Under the pieces are notes generated by a model. The model made no database searches, was not told where the DNA came from, and saw only the letters and a program-made list of their open reading frames with translations. 64,000 nucleotides of DNA from an uncultured Candidatus Binatia bacterium. GTDB taxonomy: Bacteria; Desulfobacterota; Binatia; Bin18. Positions 29,808 to 40,803 of the stretch are shown here, in pieces; within the stretch, counting starts at the first letter, position 1; the number at the start of each line of letters is the position of its first letter. Where the stretch lies: the NCBI GenBank assembly GCA_965200965.1, contig OZ241744.1, positions 3,072,001-3,136,000 of the forward strand, written 5' to 3'. Made by a program: the position numbers and the translations under genes.

Positions 29808-30308
29808 CTACTCCATGCCCAGCGCGTCCAGCCCGGCCTGGGCGGCCTCGATATCTTCGGCCTCCGTCCCTCCGCTGGCACCGACCCCGCCCAGCAGCTT
29901 GCCATCAACCCTGATCGGCAAGCCACCGCCCGCCGGCAGCAAGGGCTCACCGATCAGCTTCTGCACACTCTTGAACAGATGCGGGCGACCCTTGGCAAAC
30001 TCTTCAACCGAGGCTGAGGAGCGGCCAAAGGTGGCCGCGGTCAAAGCTTTGCTATAGGCCACCTTGGGCGTCATCCAGCGTGTGCCATCCATACGCGCCA
30101 TAGCGACCGGACGACCAAAATTATCAACTACCGCAAAGCTCATGGCCCAGCCTTCCTGCTCAGCTTTGGCCTTGGCCGCGGCAATAATTGACTCCGCCAT
30201 CGCCAAGCTCACCAGAGACGGTGCGGCGGCCTCTTGGGCGCGGAGCGAAAGAGGGCTGAGAACGAGACCGACCATGATCCACAGTCCAGGGAGAGATATC
30301 TTTTTCAT
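29808..30308 (-). CDS. Exported GlcG/HbpS family heme-binding protein
   Basis: Signal peptide; AVVDNFG, ARMDG, KALTA, GGGLPI, GGVGASGG..ED. Confidence 0.88.
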   Translation of the reverse strand: MKKISLPGLWIMVGLVLSPLSLRAQEAAAPSLVSLAMAESIIAAAKAKAEQEGWAMSFAVVDNFGRPVAMARMDGTRWMTPKVAYSKALTAATFGRSSASVEEFAKGRPHLFKSVQKLIGEPLLPAGGGLPIRVDGKLLGGVGASGGTEAEDIEAAQAGLDALGME

Positions 30309-30483
30309 GCCGTTTGCCTATCCTTTCTTCCGGCCAGCCGACGACCGCTGAGAAGCTCATACAGCATCAGCCCTTTCCTGTCCAGGCGGCGGGCGTCCGG
30401 CGTGCCAGGACACGCGAGAACAATGAATCGTCTTGTCTTCCTCTCGAAAGGTGCTAAGATGACCCCCTCTCCGAGGACATAGC

Positions 30484-31023
30484 GTGGCAGACGCCCATCA
30501 TCACGCTCACCATCACGGCCCGGGTTTCCGTTTCTGTCCCAAGTGTGGAGGCCGGCTGGAACGCAAAAAAGTCAAGGCCAATGAGCCCGAGCGGCGCGTG
30601 TGCGGCAGCTGTGGGTTTATCTTCTACGAAGACCCAAAAATCGCCGCCTGCGTCATCCCGGTTATTAACAACAAGATCGTCCTGCTCAAACGCGGCATCG
30701 AGCCCAGCTATGGCAAGTGGGTCTTTCCCGGCGGCTTTATGGACCAGGGCGAGCGGGTTGAGGACGCGGCCATTCGGGAAACCCGGGAAGAAGTGAATCT
30801 CAAAGTCAAAATTGACCGGCTGCTCAATATCTACTCGTATACCGGCTACCCGGTCGTGATCGTGGTCTATCTGGCCACTATCGTGGGTGGACAACTCAAA
30901 GCTATGGACGAAACGCTCGAGACGGCGACCTTTGCTCCAGACGAGATTCCGTGGGATAAGCTGGCCTTTGACAGTACCCGGGACGCGCTGCGTGAGTATG
31001 TAGCCTTACACACTGCGTCCTAA
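30484..31023 (+). CDS. NUDIX hydrolase with N-terminal zinc ribbon
   Basis: FCPKCG...CGSCG; PGGFMDQGERVEDAAIRETREE. Confidence 0.92.
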   Translation: MADAHHHAHHHGPGFRFCPKCGGRLERKKVKANEPERRVCGSCGFIFYEDPKIAACVIPVINNKIVLLKRGIEPSYGKWVFPGGFMDQGERVEDAAIRETREEVNLKVKIDRLLNIYSYTGYPVVIVVYLATIVGGQLKAMDETLETATFAPDEIPWDKLAFDSTRDALREYVALHTAS

Positions 31024-31046
31024 GGGCGGCATCGCTCACCCGCTCC

Positions 31047-31316
31047 TTACAGATAGTGAATAAAATTCTTCATCGCCGACAGCAGGGCTTCAAGGTCGGC
31101 GTAATCGTGCAGCTCGTCGTACAGGAAATCATACTGGCTGCGGACCTCGGCCTCGTCCTGCTCGGCCTCGTCCACCGCCACCGCGGCCTCAAATTCTTTG
31201 AGCATGGCCTGGGTCTGGAGTTTGGTCTCAACCGGAATCGTGTCGTCGGTTGCAATCAACAGGCGGGTCTGGTGGATCAGACGGCCAACGATATAGGCGT
31301 CGCTGTGTTCGGCCAT
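31047..31316 (-). CDS. Hypothetical acidic helical protein
   Basis: ATG 4 nt after the TPR gene stop; host-like codon use. Confidence 0.65.
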   Translation of the reverse strand: MAEHSDAYIVGRLIHQTRLLIATDDTIPVETKLQTQAMLKEFEAAVAVDEAEQDEAEVRSQYDFLYDELHDYADLEALLSAMKNFIHYL

Positions 31317-31320
31317 ACAC

Positions 31321-31671
31321 CTACGCGCGCCCGCCCAGCTTTTTCTCTTGCAACTCCCGCTTCCAGTCCAGTACGCGGGCCTTGGCGGCCTCGGCCTCAG
31401 CCTCGGGAATCATGCCCTTCTGCTGGTAGAAGCGGGACAGGATGGTGAACCCCATCGCGTCATCCGGGGTCAGGGCGATCAGCTGTTTAGCCGTCTCAAT
31501 CGCCTCGTCAAGCATGTCGTTATCGGCGTAGGCGTGGGCCAGATCATGTACGGCATCAACATGGCTGGGATCGTGGTCGAGAATCGCTTTATAGGTTGCA
31601 ATCGCCCGGTCGGCTTCCCCGTCACACAGCAGCTCGTAGGCTTGATCGTACAGTTCTTCAATGGATGGCAT
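31321..31671 (-). CDS. Small TPR protein
   Basis: AIATYKAILDHDP and LDEAIETAKQLIALTPDD TPR pattern. Confidence 0.85.
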   Translation of the reverse strand: MPSIEELYDQAYELLCDGEADRAIATYKAILDHDPSHVDAVHDLAHAYADNDMLDEAIETAKQLIALTPDDAMGFTILSRFYQQKGMIPEAEAEAAKARVLDWKRELQEKKLGGRA

Positions 31672-31756
31672 GGCTGCCTCTCCTCACGGCCCAGAGTCTT
31701 GGGCTCCTGGTGTAGCCCATTTACACCCCATAGCCAAGCCCGCTACAGTCTGGCGT

Positions 31757-32842
31757 ATGGCTGCGGGTATCGAAGCGGAGGTGCTCAACTTTATTGCCGC
31801 CCCTGAGGGCAAGGACTTCAGTGCCCTGGCCCTGGCCGTTTTTGCCTACCAGTTCGAGCGCAACGATCCCTACCAACGCTTTTGCGCGGCCCGGGGGACC
31901 AGACCGGCTACGGTCAGCCGCTGGCAGGATATCCCGGCTGTGCCGACCGTGGCCTTCAAAGAGTTGGACCTCGCCTGTGGCCCGCCTCAGAAGATCTTTC
32001 GGACCAGCGGCACCACCCGTGGCCGGGACAAACGCGGCCGTCACCTCATCCCCGACCTGCGCTTATATCATGCCGCGGCCCTGACCCATTTTGATCGCTG
32101 TGTGCTGCCCGACGGCGGGCGGCTCAGGGTGCTGGCCCTGATCCCATCGCCCAGCGTCCGTCCGGACTCTTCGCTGAGCCAGATGGCGGAATGGATTATC
32201 GCCGAGCGTGGGGCAGCCGGCAGCCGGTTTTTTATTGACCACACCGGCATTCAGCTCGAGGCCTTTGCCACCGCCCTGGCCCAGGCCGGGGCCGAGGGCA
32301 GCCCGGTGTGTATTCTGGCCATTACCGCGGCCTTGGTGGCCTTCTTCAACTGGTGTACCGGCCAGCAGACAGCTTTCGCCCTGCCCGCCGGCAGCCGCGT
32401 CATGGACACCGGCGGCGATAAAGGTCAGCCGCGGCCGCTGTCTCGGAACGGATTTCTGCACGCCTGCTGGAAGTATCTGAAGGTCGCCGGCTACTCGTGT
32501 GTCAATGAGTATGGCATGACCGAGATGGCCTCACAGTTTTATGACAATGTGTTGTACAACCGATTTCATCACAGCACCGAGCCGCGCTATAAAATCGGGC
32601 CGGCCTGGACCCGCACGCTCGTGGTTGACCCGGACAGCCTCCAGGCAGTCCCGCCGGGCCAGCCCGGCATCCTCCGTCACCTTGACTTGGCCAACTGTGG
32701 CTCGGTCATGGCGATTCAGACCGATGATGTCGGCCATCTGACGCGGGCCGGGTTCGAGCTGAGCGGGCGCGCCCCAGGCGCAGAGGCACGCGGGTGCGCC
32801 TTGGCCCTGGACGAGTTTCTGGCCGCGCTGGACACGACCTGA
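31757..32842 (+). CDS. luxE: LuxE-like acyl-protein synthetase
   Basis: IPAVP..FK, FRTSGTT, MDTGG.KG, EYGMTE, DLAN.GS..AIQTDD.G, GR...AEARGC. Confidence 0.85.
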   Translation: MAAGIEAEVLNFIAAPEGKDFSALALAVFAYQFERNDPYQRFCAARGTRPATVSRWQDIPAVPTVAFKELDLACGPPQKIFRTSGTTRGRDKRGRHLIPDLRLYHAAALTHFDRCVLPDGGRLRVLALIPSPSVRPDSSLSQMAEWIIAERGAAGSRFFIDHTGIQLEAFATALAQAGAEGSPVCILAITAALVAFFNWCTGQQTAFALPAGSRVMDTGGDKGQPRPLSRNGFLHACWKYLKVAGYSCVNEYGMTEMASQFYDNVLYNRFHHSTEPRYKIGPAWTRTLVVDPDSLQAVPPGQPGILRHLDLANCGSVMAIQTDDVGHLTRAGFELSGRAPGAEARGCALALDEFLAALDTT

Positions 32843-32868
32843 TCCGCCGCTGTGGCGTTTGACTGCCT

Positions 32869-34155
32869 ATGGCCGCCCTCACGCCCGACTCCCTGCGTTC
32901 CATTATCGCCGGCCTGCTGAGCGCCCGAGAATGTCACCTCGTCCGGCGTCCGGTTCAGGATATTCTGGCCAGCATCAGCGCGGTTGTGGCTCGCTTTCTT
33001 GACCCCAGTTCAGACGAACGCCAACACGCCGAGGCGCTCCTGCCGGCAGAAAGCGGACTCTCACCGGAGATGGTCCGGCATAGCCTGCCGCTTCTTTTTC
33101 AGGAGTATCAGCCCGAGCGTTTACGCGGTCTTGTGGCCGCTGAACTCGGCGGCGTCCTTGACCGGGTTGAGCGCGGCCTCCGCGCCCGGGGGCCGCGGCT
33201 GATAAGCCACATCCTGGCCGGCAATCTCCCAGGTGCCGGCCAGGACGCCATTGTCTTCTCGCTGCTGGTGAAATCAGCCACCCTGGTAAAAGCCGCCTCC
33301 TCGGGCGGCGGCCTGCAAGGCTTGTTCGCCGGCAGTCTGCGCCAGCACGACCCCGAGCTGGGCAGCTGTCTGGCCGTGGTCACTTGGCCGGGCGGCACTG
33401 TCGAGCTGGAGGATATTGCATTTTCCGAGGCCGGGCTGGTCGTGGCCTCAGGTTCGGACGAAAGTCTGGCGGCGATTCGTCGCCGCGTGTCGGGGCGATT
33501 CATCGGCTACGGCCATAAGCTGAGCCTGAGCCTGCTCACCCACGAAGCCCTCGATCAGGCCCAAGAGGCGGCCGAGCGGACAGCCTACGACATGGCGCTG
33601 TTTGACCAGCACGGCTGCCTGTCCCCCCAGCTGGTCTATGTCGAAGACTACGGCGCGGTCTCACCAAGGGCGTTTGCCGGGCTGTTGGCAGGAGCGCTGG
33701 CAGGCTGGCAGACCCGCCTGCCCCGGGGGCGGATCAGCCCGGCGGCCAGCAGCCAGATACGCCGGGCACGCGACGAAGCCGAATGGCAGGCCCTGGCCGG
33801 CAGGGATATCGTCCTCCACGCCAGCCCAGAGGGAACGGAGTGGACGGTCATCTATGAGGCCGACCCGACCTTTGTCCCCTCACCGCTTTACCGCACGGTC
33901 CGGGTCAAGCCGCTCGCCACATTCGATCAACTCAGCGCACTGCTCGCTCCGTGGCGACCCTATCTCGAAGCGGTTGGAACGGTCGTGCCGAGCGCGGGCC
34001 ACCGCCGCCAGGCGCTGCTTGAGGTCCTGACCGACAGTGGGCTGAGCCGCATCTGTCCGGTCGGCACCATGCAGACGCCGCCACTCGGCTGGCGACACGG
34101 CGGTCGGCCACGGCTGGCCGAGCTGGTGAGCTGGACGGCAATGGATTCGGGCTGA
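32869..34155 (+). CDS. luxC: LuxC-like acyl-CoA reductase
   Basis: HILAGNLP, ASGSDE, YGHKLS, FDQHGCLSP, RICPVGTMQTP..WRHGG. Confidence 0.85.
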   Translation: MAALTPDSLRSIIAGLLSARECHLVRRPVQDILASISAVVARFLDPSSDERQHAEALLPAESGLSPEMVRHSLPLLFQEYQPERLRGLVAAELGGVLDRVERGLRARGPRLISHILAGNLPGAGQDAIVFSLLVKSATLVKAASSGGGLQGLFAGSLRQHDPELGSCLAVVTWPGGTVELEDIAFSEAGLVVASGSDESLAAIRRRVSGRFIGYGHKLSLSLLTHEALDQAQEAAERTAYDMALFDQHGCLSPQLVYVEDYGAVSPRAFAGLLAGALAGWQTRLPRGRISPAASSQIRRARDEAEWQALAGRDIVLHASPEGTEWTVIYEADPTFVPSPLYRTVRVKPLATFDQLSALLAPWRPYLEAVGTVVPSAGHRRQALLEVLTDSGLSRICPVGTMQTPPLGWRHGGRPRLAELVSWTAMDSG

Positions 34156-34206
34156 GGCAGACGCCCCGTTTGCCGGCGACATGGGCCTGACGTATGCTCT
34201 GCCCCT

Positions 34207-35397
34207 ATGAGTGCCCTGCGTGACGATTTCCTGCGTTTTGTGTGTCAAACCTCGCCCGAACCGATGGGCATTGAGGTGGCTTCGGCCCGCGGCTGCGTGG
34301 TGGTGGATGCCCGCGGCCACGAGTATCTGGACTTGCTGTCCGGCATCGGCGTTGCCAGCATCGGCTATGCCCACCCTGCGGTGCTCCGGGCTGTCCAGGA
34401 CCAGGCCGCCCGCTATCTGCATACGATGGTCTACGGCGAATACATCCAGGAGCCCCAGGTACGGCTGGCCCGTCGCTTAGCCGAGATGACGCCTGAGCCG
34501 CTGTCAGTGACCTATTTTACCAACAGCGGGACCGAAGCGGTTGAGGGCGCGCTCAAAACCGCCCGCAAATACACCCGCCGCTCACGCCTGGTCAGTTTTG
34601 TGGGCAGCTTCCACGGTGACACCCTCGGCTCGGTCTCGGTAGGCGGCAATCCCACATACCGCACGCCGTTTGAACCGCTGCTGCCGACGGTGACGTTTTT
34701 GGCCTTTAGCGACAGGCGGGCGCTCGGCGCGATCGACGACAGTGTCGCCGCCGTCATCATCGAGCCGATTCAGGGCGAGGGCGGCGTGCGGATTCCAGAT
34801 GCCGGGTTTCTGCCGGCCCTGCGCCGGCGCTGTTCCGAGGTCGGCGCGGTGCTGATCTTTGACGAAGTCATCACCGGCTTTGGCCGGACGGGAAAAGTCT
34901 TTGCCGCCGAACACTGGCAGGTCGTCCCCGACATCCTGGTGCTGGCCAAAGCCCTGGGCGGCGGTATGCCGCTCGGAGCATTCATGAGCAGGCCGGACAT
35001 CTTGCAAACCCTGTCACGCGATCCGCCTCTGGCCCATGTGACAACTTTCGGCGGCCATCCGGTGTGCTGTGCAGCCGGCTTGGCCGCCCTGGATGTCATG
35101 CTTGCCGACCGGCTTCCCCAGCGGGCCGAGGAAAAGGGGCACGAGTTTATGACCAGACTGCGCGCCCTGCTCGGCCGCGGCGGGCTGACTGGAGTCCGGG
35201 GTCGGGGTCTGCTGATCGGGCTGGACTTTCGCCATCCCGGGGCAAGCCAGCGTTTTGTCAAGCGGTGTTTTGCCGGCGGCTTGGTACTGGGCTGGACGCT
35301 GCACGACGATAGCGTCGTGCGCCTGGCTCCGCCCTTGATTATCTCGTCAGCCGAGATTGATCGGGCGATTGCGATCATGGCTACAGCGCTTGATTAG
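34207..35397 (+). CDS. Class III PLP aminotransferase (ArgD-like)
   Basis: NSGTEAVEGALK, SFHGDT, EPIQGEGG, DEVITGFGRTG, LAKALGGG, TTFGGHP. Confidence 0.9.
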   Translation: MSALRDDFLRFVCQTSPEPMGIEVASARGCVVVDARGHEYLDLLSGIGVASIGYAHPAVLRAVQDQAARYLHTMVYGEYIQEPQVRLARRLAEMTPEPLSVTYFTNSGTEAVEGALKTARKYTRRSRLVSFVGSFHGDTLGSVSVGGNPTYRTPFEPLLPTVTFLAFSDRRALGAIDDSVAAVIIEPIQGEGGVRIPDAGFLPALRRRCSEVGAVLIFDEVITGFGRTGKVFAAEHWQVVPDILVLAKALGGGMPLGAFMSRPDILQTLSRDPPLAHVTTFGGHPVCCAAGLAALDVMLADRLPQRAEEKGHEFMTRLRALLGRGGLTGVRGRGLLIGLDFRHPGASQRFVKRCFAGGLVLGWTLHDDSVVRLAPPLIISSAEIDRAIAIMATALD

Positions 35398-35416
35398 ATT
35401 TCTCCTAAAGAGTCCG

Positions 35417-35546
35417 CTAACAGGCTGTACCGGAGTCTTCTGCATCTTTTAGAAGAGCGCCAGAGTCGCAACCCTTACCGATTTGCCCCGTCGTTACCGG
35501 TAGGGGCAATAATCGTCTCGGACGGAGCATCAAGCGATACGCTCAT
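35417..35546 (-). pseudogene. Remnant of the gene coupled downstream of the Z1 gene
   Basis: ATG overlaps the Z1 stop (TGATG); reads MSVSLDAPSETIIAPTGNDGANR* then breaks down. Confidence 0.45.
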
Positions 35547-37756
35547 CAGCCGCCCTGAGTCGGCTGATCCTGGTTGATCCAGTCACGAGCCAGCCGTGCC
35601 GGGACCCATACAGCAATCACAGGTACAGTCGCTTTGATCACCTTGCTCCCTTGCGTGAGATCAAGCATATGGATTTGAATGGTTACAGTGTCCCGGTCGT
35701 AGATCTCACGATCACCTGGATACACCTTACCGCGCTCCTCACGCGGCTGAACGGGCGCTTCACCCTGAAAGAGATTAGTAATCTCCCCCTTCCTCTTGAT
35801 ACCCCGTTGCCGCTTATTACCACGACTCATCTGGTAGATAGTACAAAGCTCATTGGGGTCGTTTTCCAGCGCGTGTCTGAGTTGAAGAAGCAGGCCAGTA
35901 TTACGCTGTGAATCAGATGTGCCGGTGATTCGCACGCGGACGAGAAGTTGATCAAGCACATCATATAAGCGAACCCCAGCGCAAACCAGATGGCGTTGGA
36001 TGTCGGTGCGATTAGGATGCCCATCGTTATCGACAAACTCCTTCCCGTTCAAGAATGCTTCAACAGCCTCCCGGTTGGCCGAGATGACAGGATCGGGCTC
36101 CATCACAACGCGCGGCGTCACCCAATCGTCCGAGAATCGACCACGCATGTAGTCGAACTCAAGCACATTGTGGCGACAGGGCTGTAATCTGCTATCAAGA
36201 ATGAAGGTTCGCTTCCATTCATTGAGGGGCCGGTTCTCTTGTTGAATAGCCTGCAACTGCCCCCGGATGTCCTCTTCATGCTCTACATAGCTCTGAAGGG
36301 CATTGAGTACGCTTTGCTCAAGATAAAGACGACAATAGCCAAGATACGATCTCTTGTAACCGAAGAACCGGGCGCGCTGCTGCATGGCATCGGCATTACC
36401 CACGCCGATGCCCCTAGGCATATAGGTGACCGTGAGGCCCTCAACGGTGAAGCCACGATCCATGGCCTGTCCACCGACAAGTATCCAGCCATAGGTACTC
36501 TGCCAGTCCACAGACGGAGTAGATCCTGCTCGAGCATTGACCTCTAGGACGCGTGTGTGGAGAAATGCAAGACGCAAACGGGGTACGAGTTTGTCGAAGG
36601 CAGGCAGGTCTGCTCCCGCCGTCTCAGCCAATTCGTCATAGGCTTCACGAAATTCCTCAATCAGTTCCAGTTTGTCGGGATCGGCATCCGGCAGACCGGA
36701 GATGCGCTTCCATTCCTCGAAAATGTTCCGCACCCAGTTGTGGAACTCCTGATGCTGAGCGGTACGGTGAGACGGATGAACCAGCATTGAGCGGTTGCCG
36801 GTATTGCCACTGGTGAGAAGACCGGCTGTAACGCCCACCATGAAAACGCGGAGCGCTCCCATTAGAGATTCAGGGGGCTCGCTCAAAGGATCGGACTGGC
36901 TGGGCACATCCTGTGAAGGAATGACGCGGACATAGCTGGGATTGTCGCCGAAGAAGTCCCTCCCACCTACATAAGTGTCACCGGGCTCAAGAACCTGAAC
37001 GAAGTTAGGGGACAGGGAATCTATGATGCTCACGAGCAACGGTGCTTGGGGCGTCGCAGTATATTGCAGATATGTATGGCTAGGTATTGCCCGCTTGAGT
37101 TCCATCAGACAGCGGTAGGTTGTACTTTTCTGGCCTTGCTCCACCTTTGTGTTCAAGCTGGCCTGATCCGCTTCATCATCAATAATGAGAACGGGGACGT
37201 TCTGCATGTCAAGGTTGCCAATGAGTTGAGCAAGCTTCTGCAAGTACCGGTGATTCTTGAGGACTGTGATGAGAACGGTCTTCCTATATTCCTCGGGTGT
37301 TCCGGGATCCCTCCAGCCCTCCAGCACATTACGAATGTCTTGGAGCGTCGCATGATTGTAAGATGGGTTCTCAAACCGAAGCCAACGCCGTGCACGCGGA
37401 CCGTCAAGCCTCAGATCGCGGCTCAGTCGGTCCGTCGATTGTTTAAGTAAGATCTTAGAGCTGCCAGCGACGATAATAACGATCTGGAAGGTGTTATCGC
37501 GGGCAAGAGCGACGACGGTCTCGAATGACATCGTCTTACCACTTTGAACATATCCGACCACAATCCCCGTTTCCTGACCGCTGGCTGTCGTTGGAGGAAT
37601 ACACTTGGCAAGAATGGAGACGGCGTCATCGAGTACACTTTCGCGGCTCTCTTGCGGGACCACATTCTCCAGAAAGTCCGTAGTTTCCGCCCCCACCGAA
37701 GGCGTCCAACGGTCGCCGCCAATGGGCTTGGCTATGCTATGGGTTTCATCAGCCAT
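35546..37756 (-). CDS. Z1-domain protein with SF2 helicase-like N-terminus
   Basis: GYVQSGKT, IIDDEADQASLN, YTATPQA, MLVHPS, GG.AMDRGFTVEGLTVTY, QRARFFGY. Confidence 0.9.
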   Translation of the reverse strand: MADETHSIAKPIGGDRWTPSVGAETTDFLENVVPQESRESVLDDAVSILAKCIPPTTASGQETGIVVGYVQSGKTMSFETVVALARDNTFQIVIIVAGSSKILLKQSTDRLSRDLRLDGPRARRWLRFENPSYNHATLQDIRNVLEGWRDPGTPEEYRKTVLITVLKNHRYLQKLAQLIGNLDMQNVPVLIIDDEADQASLNTKVEQGQKSTTYRCLMELKRAIPSHTYLQYTATPQAPLLVSIIDSLSPNFVQVLEPGDTYVGGRDFFGDNPSYVRVIPSQDVPSQSDPLSEPPESLMGALRVFMVGVTAGLLTSGNTGNRSMLVHPSHRTAQHQEFHNWVRNIFEEWKRISGLPDADPDKLELIEEFREAYDELAETAGADLPAFDKLVPRLRLAFLHTRVLEVNARAGSTPSVDWQSTYGWILVGGQAMDRGFTVEGLTVTYMPRGIGVGNADAMQQRARFFGYKRSYLGYCRLYLEQSVLNALQSYVEHEEDIRGQLQAIQQENRPLNEWKRTFILDSRLQPCRHNVLEFDYMRGRFSDDWVTPRVVMEPDPVISANREAVEAFLNGKEFVDNDGHPNRTDIQRHLVCAGVRLYDVLDQLLVRVRITGTSDSQRNTGLLLQLRHALENDPNELCTIYQMSRGNKRQRGIKRKGEITNLFQGEAPVQPREERGKVYPGDREIYDRDTVTIQIHMLDLTQGSKVIKATVPVIAVWVPARLARDWINQDQPTQGG

Positions 37757-37772
37757 GAGTGGATATCCTATT

Positions 37773-39302
37773 CTACGGTTCTGAAAGCGCGGCCCTTAGA
37801 ATCTCATTCACGTTGCGCCGAACAGTGCCGGCCTTGCGCACCCCGGAGTCACGTGCAAGCACCTCGGCCAGCGCGAACGCTGCCGCCACCCGAAGCAATC
37901 CTTCGATATTCTCAGTACCGGTTTGCGCAAAGCGCACCATGAACGGATGGGCCATGGAAACGCGGATGCTGAGCCGACGAGGATCGCTGAGAGTCTCAGC
38001 AATATCGCTAGGGGTAATCCATTGGTCTTCAGCCGGGTCATTGGTGAGTTCGACCTTAATTGACCAACCTCTGTCACGAAAACGAATGTCAAACTGCCGT
38101 CCTGCGAGAAGAGATTTCTGCGGTGCTTCCTCCGTCGGTGTATCCACCGGCTCAGCTTCCGCAACGGCTGGCAGAACTTCAGGCAAGTGAGTCTCCATCG
38201 CCTGCGTTGTGTTAGTGACAGCTTGTTGGGCAACTGTCTTGAGTTGCGCGCGGGCTCCGCGGACTCGGTAGCCCTCAGCCTGCTTCAACAGGGGCACATC
38301 TCCGCTATCCAAGTGCTCCCGCAACAACTCCAGAAACGGCTGCTCATTCTCGTCCCACCGGAATCCATCCTTCGTGTGGCTCACCTCAAAGCCGGCAAGG
38401 TGAAGTTCCCCAAAGAGCCGCTGGTAACGGTAGCTGTTGGAACTACCAAAAATATGGGATGGGCGGTATCCCTCATCGCCACTGCCCTGAATCACACGGC
38501 CCCGCCGAAAAAGTGAGAATCCGGCCTTGGTCGTGTTTGCCGTCTTAAGCAGTGCTGCGAAGCCACGGACAGAGAGACCTTCACCGAAATCAAACGCAAT
38601 GTCTTTGCGCCAGACACGATCGATCCCCTCCTTATCCTTGAAGTGCGGGGCTTTCAGAACTTTCGGCTCTCTGTAGGTTAATACCTCGCCCTTGAAGCGC
38701 AATTCGAGACGGTCGTCTCGGATGAAGGCTCGGTAGATATCTGTGAGATGCTCCTTGAGTTTCGCAGTCGTGCGCCCGACAGGGACATGAAAGATGTCCT
38801 CAAGGATGATTTCCGTATAGTGATTTTCAGCCTTCTCCTGAACTTCGCGGATTGTGAGCTCCTTGATATCGTCATTCACGATGTTCTCAATATCAAAATG
38901 AACCTTACGGGCGACCGACTCACCAAGTGCGGAGGTGCGCACGATCCACCGCGGAGCGAACCAGCACGCCGCACTCTTCATGCCCATGCCGAACTCGGCA
39001 AGACCGGAGCGGTCCGGAGGGATGGCGGCCGGCCGAAAGGCCCGTCCATACTCCTGCTCACAGATACCGGCAGCGTTGTCTCGGATAGAGAGGCGGGCTG
39101 GCGAGGCCGTGTCGATGTCAATATCGACACGGAGCTTGATATGCTCGCCGTGAGCCTGTTCCAGCGCCTCCCTATGCTTACCGAAGCTCTCTACGGCGTT
39201 GTCGACAAACTCGCCCAGCGCATACCACGGCTTGTAGTTAAGATGTCGTAACACAGCCAAGACGCTTACGCCGGGCCTGATATCAACTGTTCTCGGTGCC
39301 AA
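37773..39302 (-). CDS. MORC-like GHKL ATPase
   Basis: [31 protein letters not shown]. Confidence 0.88.
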   Translation of the reverse strand: MAPRTVDIRPGVSVLAVLRHLNYKPWYALGEFVDNAVESFGKHREALEQAHGEHIKLRVDIDIDTASPARLSIRDNAAGICEQEYGRAFRPAAIPPDRSGLAEFGMGMKSAACWFAPRWIVRTSALGESVARKVHFDIENIVNDDIKELTIREVQEKAENHYTEIILEDIFHVPVGRTTAKLKEHLTDIYRAFIRDDRLELRFKGEVLTYREPKVLKAPHFKDKEGIDRVWRKDIAFDFGEGLSVRGFAALLKTANTTKAGFSLFRRGRVIQGSGDEGYRPSHIFGSSNSYRYQRLFGELHLAGFEVSHTKDGFRWDENEQPFLELLREHLDSGDVPLLKQAEGYRVRGARAQLKTVAQQAVTNTTQAMETHLPEVLPAVAEAEPVDTPTEEAPQKSLLAGRQFDIRFRDRGWSIKVELTNDPAEDQWITPSDIAETLSDPRRLSIRVSMAHPFMVRFAQTGTENIEGLLRVAAAFALAEVLARDSGVRKAGTVRRNVNEILRAALSEP

Positions 39303-40702
39303 TGCTCTTCATTCCCCTTTTCACGGCGCGTTGGTTGTCTCGGCGATAGGCGGAACGTTGTCAGTTGACCAGTGGTCTCATGCTGCCGCGGTATCCCGCC
39401 GTGATGAACTCCCGCCGTGGTCCCCGTGCTATGATCCCTCAAGAGGTGTTGAGCAACCTCCTGCACCACACGCACATTGACCGCGTTCCCAAGGGCCTTG
39501 AATGCAGCGGTCTGCGTTGGCGGAAGTTGGAGGTCTCCCATGCTCTGAAGGCGGCTGCATTCGCGGGTCGTCATGTACCGCCGTTGCGCGGCAATGACGG
39601 GGACCTGACTCGTCGTCATGGCCACAAGGGAGGGGGCCACCGTTGGGCGCTTGACGCGAATGCCGGATGCACGAAACTGAAGAAGAGCGTTCCAGATATT
39701 CCGTGGCTCCCCTTTGCAGTTCCATTCCAATTTCTGAAAGCTCGGCGCGAACTCAAGGATTGAGGGAAGCCACGGGTCGATCCAGGCTTGGTGACGCTGA
39801 TACAGGGTCCGGTTCTTGTGGATGAAGTCCCGCTTCCATTTCGGAAAGCATGGGGCCGGGTTGCGCGCATACGCGGGCAACGCCGCAAGCACCTCCTGCT
39901 GAGAGAGGCCGTGGAGTGGACGGCCAAAGCTCCCCTTGCACGCCCCCATTCTTGCAAGTCCCATCCCGGTTGGTGACGTGTCCCTATACGGATATGTGGC
40001 CCCGAACTCCATGCTCCAGATAGGAAAGGACGGCAACTCCTCATCTGCGGGATATTGATCAAGGAAGTGCTGCCACGCCTGGAGGTAATGCACGAACTGC
40101 TCCGACAGTGGGCGCGCATTCTCGGGATGCTGGTCCAATATGGAGTCCAGAGACAACGTGGACGCGTCGGAGACCACGGGCCAGGAGAACCCGCCCAGTC
40201 CACCGCGACGGCCAACGATAAACACCCGTTCACGAATATGTGGTACATCGAAATGGTGCGGTGACAGGAGCGTATCTCGGACGCTGTAGCCGGCAAGGCG
40301 CAGCCTGTGCTTAATCGTCCGCCACGTTTTTCCCTGGTGGTGTCGCACGAGGTGAGGCACATTCTCGATGAGGAAATACCGCGGCGTGTGGGTCCTGAGA
40401 ATGCGGATGATGTAGCTCATGAGGTCGCCCCATTGGGAGCAGTCAAACCCCTGCTGATTGCCCGCCTTGGAGAAGGGCTGGCAGGGGAAGCCAGCACAGA
40501 GGATGTCGTGATCAGGCAGTGACGGGATATCAAGGGCACGGATATTGCCAAAAGGACGGAGGCCGAAGTTTTTTTCATAGAGGGCGGCAAGACCCTCATC
40601 AACCTCGCACGCAAAGACACAACGGTGTCCGAGGTTTTTGAGCGCAAGATGAAAGCCCCCAAGACCTGCAAACAAATCAATGAAGCGGAGCGGCTGTGCC
40701 AT
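39266..40702 (-). CDS. dcm: DNA (cytosine-5) methyltransferase
   Basis: [38 protein letters not shown]; alternative start at 40750. Confidence 0.94.
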   Translation of the reverse strand: MAQPLRFIDLFAGLGGFHLALKNLGHRCVFACEVDEGLAALYEKNFGLRPFGNIRALDIPSLPDHDILCAGFPCQPFSKAGNQQGFDCSQWGDLMSYIIRILRTHTPRYFLIENVPHLVRHHQGKTWRTIKHRLRLAGYSVRDTLLSPHHFDVPHIRERVFIVGRRGGLGGFSWPVVSDASTLSLDSILDQHPENARPLSEQFVHYLQAWQHFLDQYPADEELPSFPIWSMEFGATYPYRDTSPTGMGLARMGACKGSFGRPLHGLSQQEVLAALPAYARNPAPCFPKWKRDFIHKNRTLYQRHQAWIDPWLPSILEFAPSFQKLEWNCKGEPRNIWNALLQFRASGIRVKRPTVAPSLVAMTTSQVPVIAAQRRYMTTRECSRLQSMGDLQLPPTQTAAFKALGNAVNVRVVQEVAQHLLRDHSTGTTAGVHHGGIPRQHETTGQLTTFRLSPRQPTRREKGNEEHWHREQLISGPA

Positions 40703-40803
40703 GTTGTTCTGCGCTACTCCATGGCCAGAGCAGGCGGCACCTCTCTCCATGTTCTCCTTACATCCTATCCACTTGTCAACGGCTGGAGGGCCACCATCTC
40801 TGA

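Noticed and set aside
26871-34155. Bioluminescence operon (LLM plus luxCE)
   Set aside because: Only one generic LLM gene, on the opposite strand and separated by six genes; no luxAB pair or luxD.
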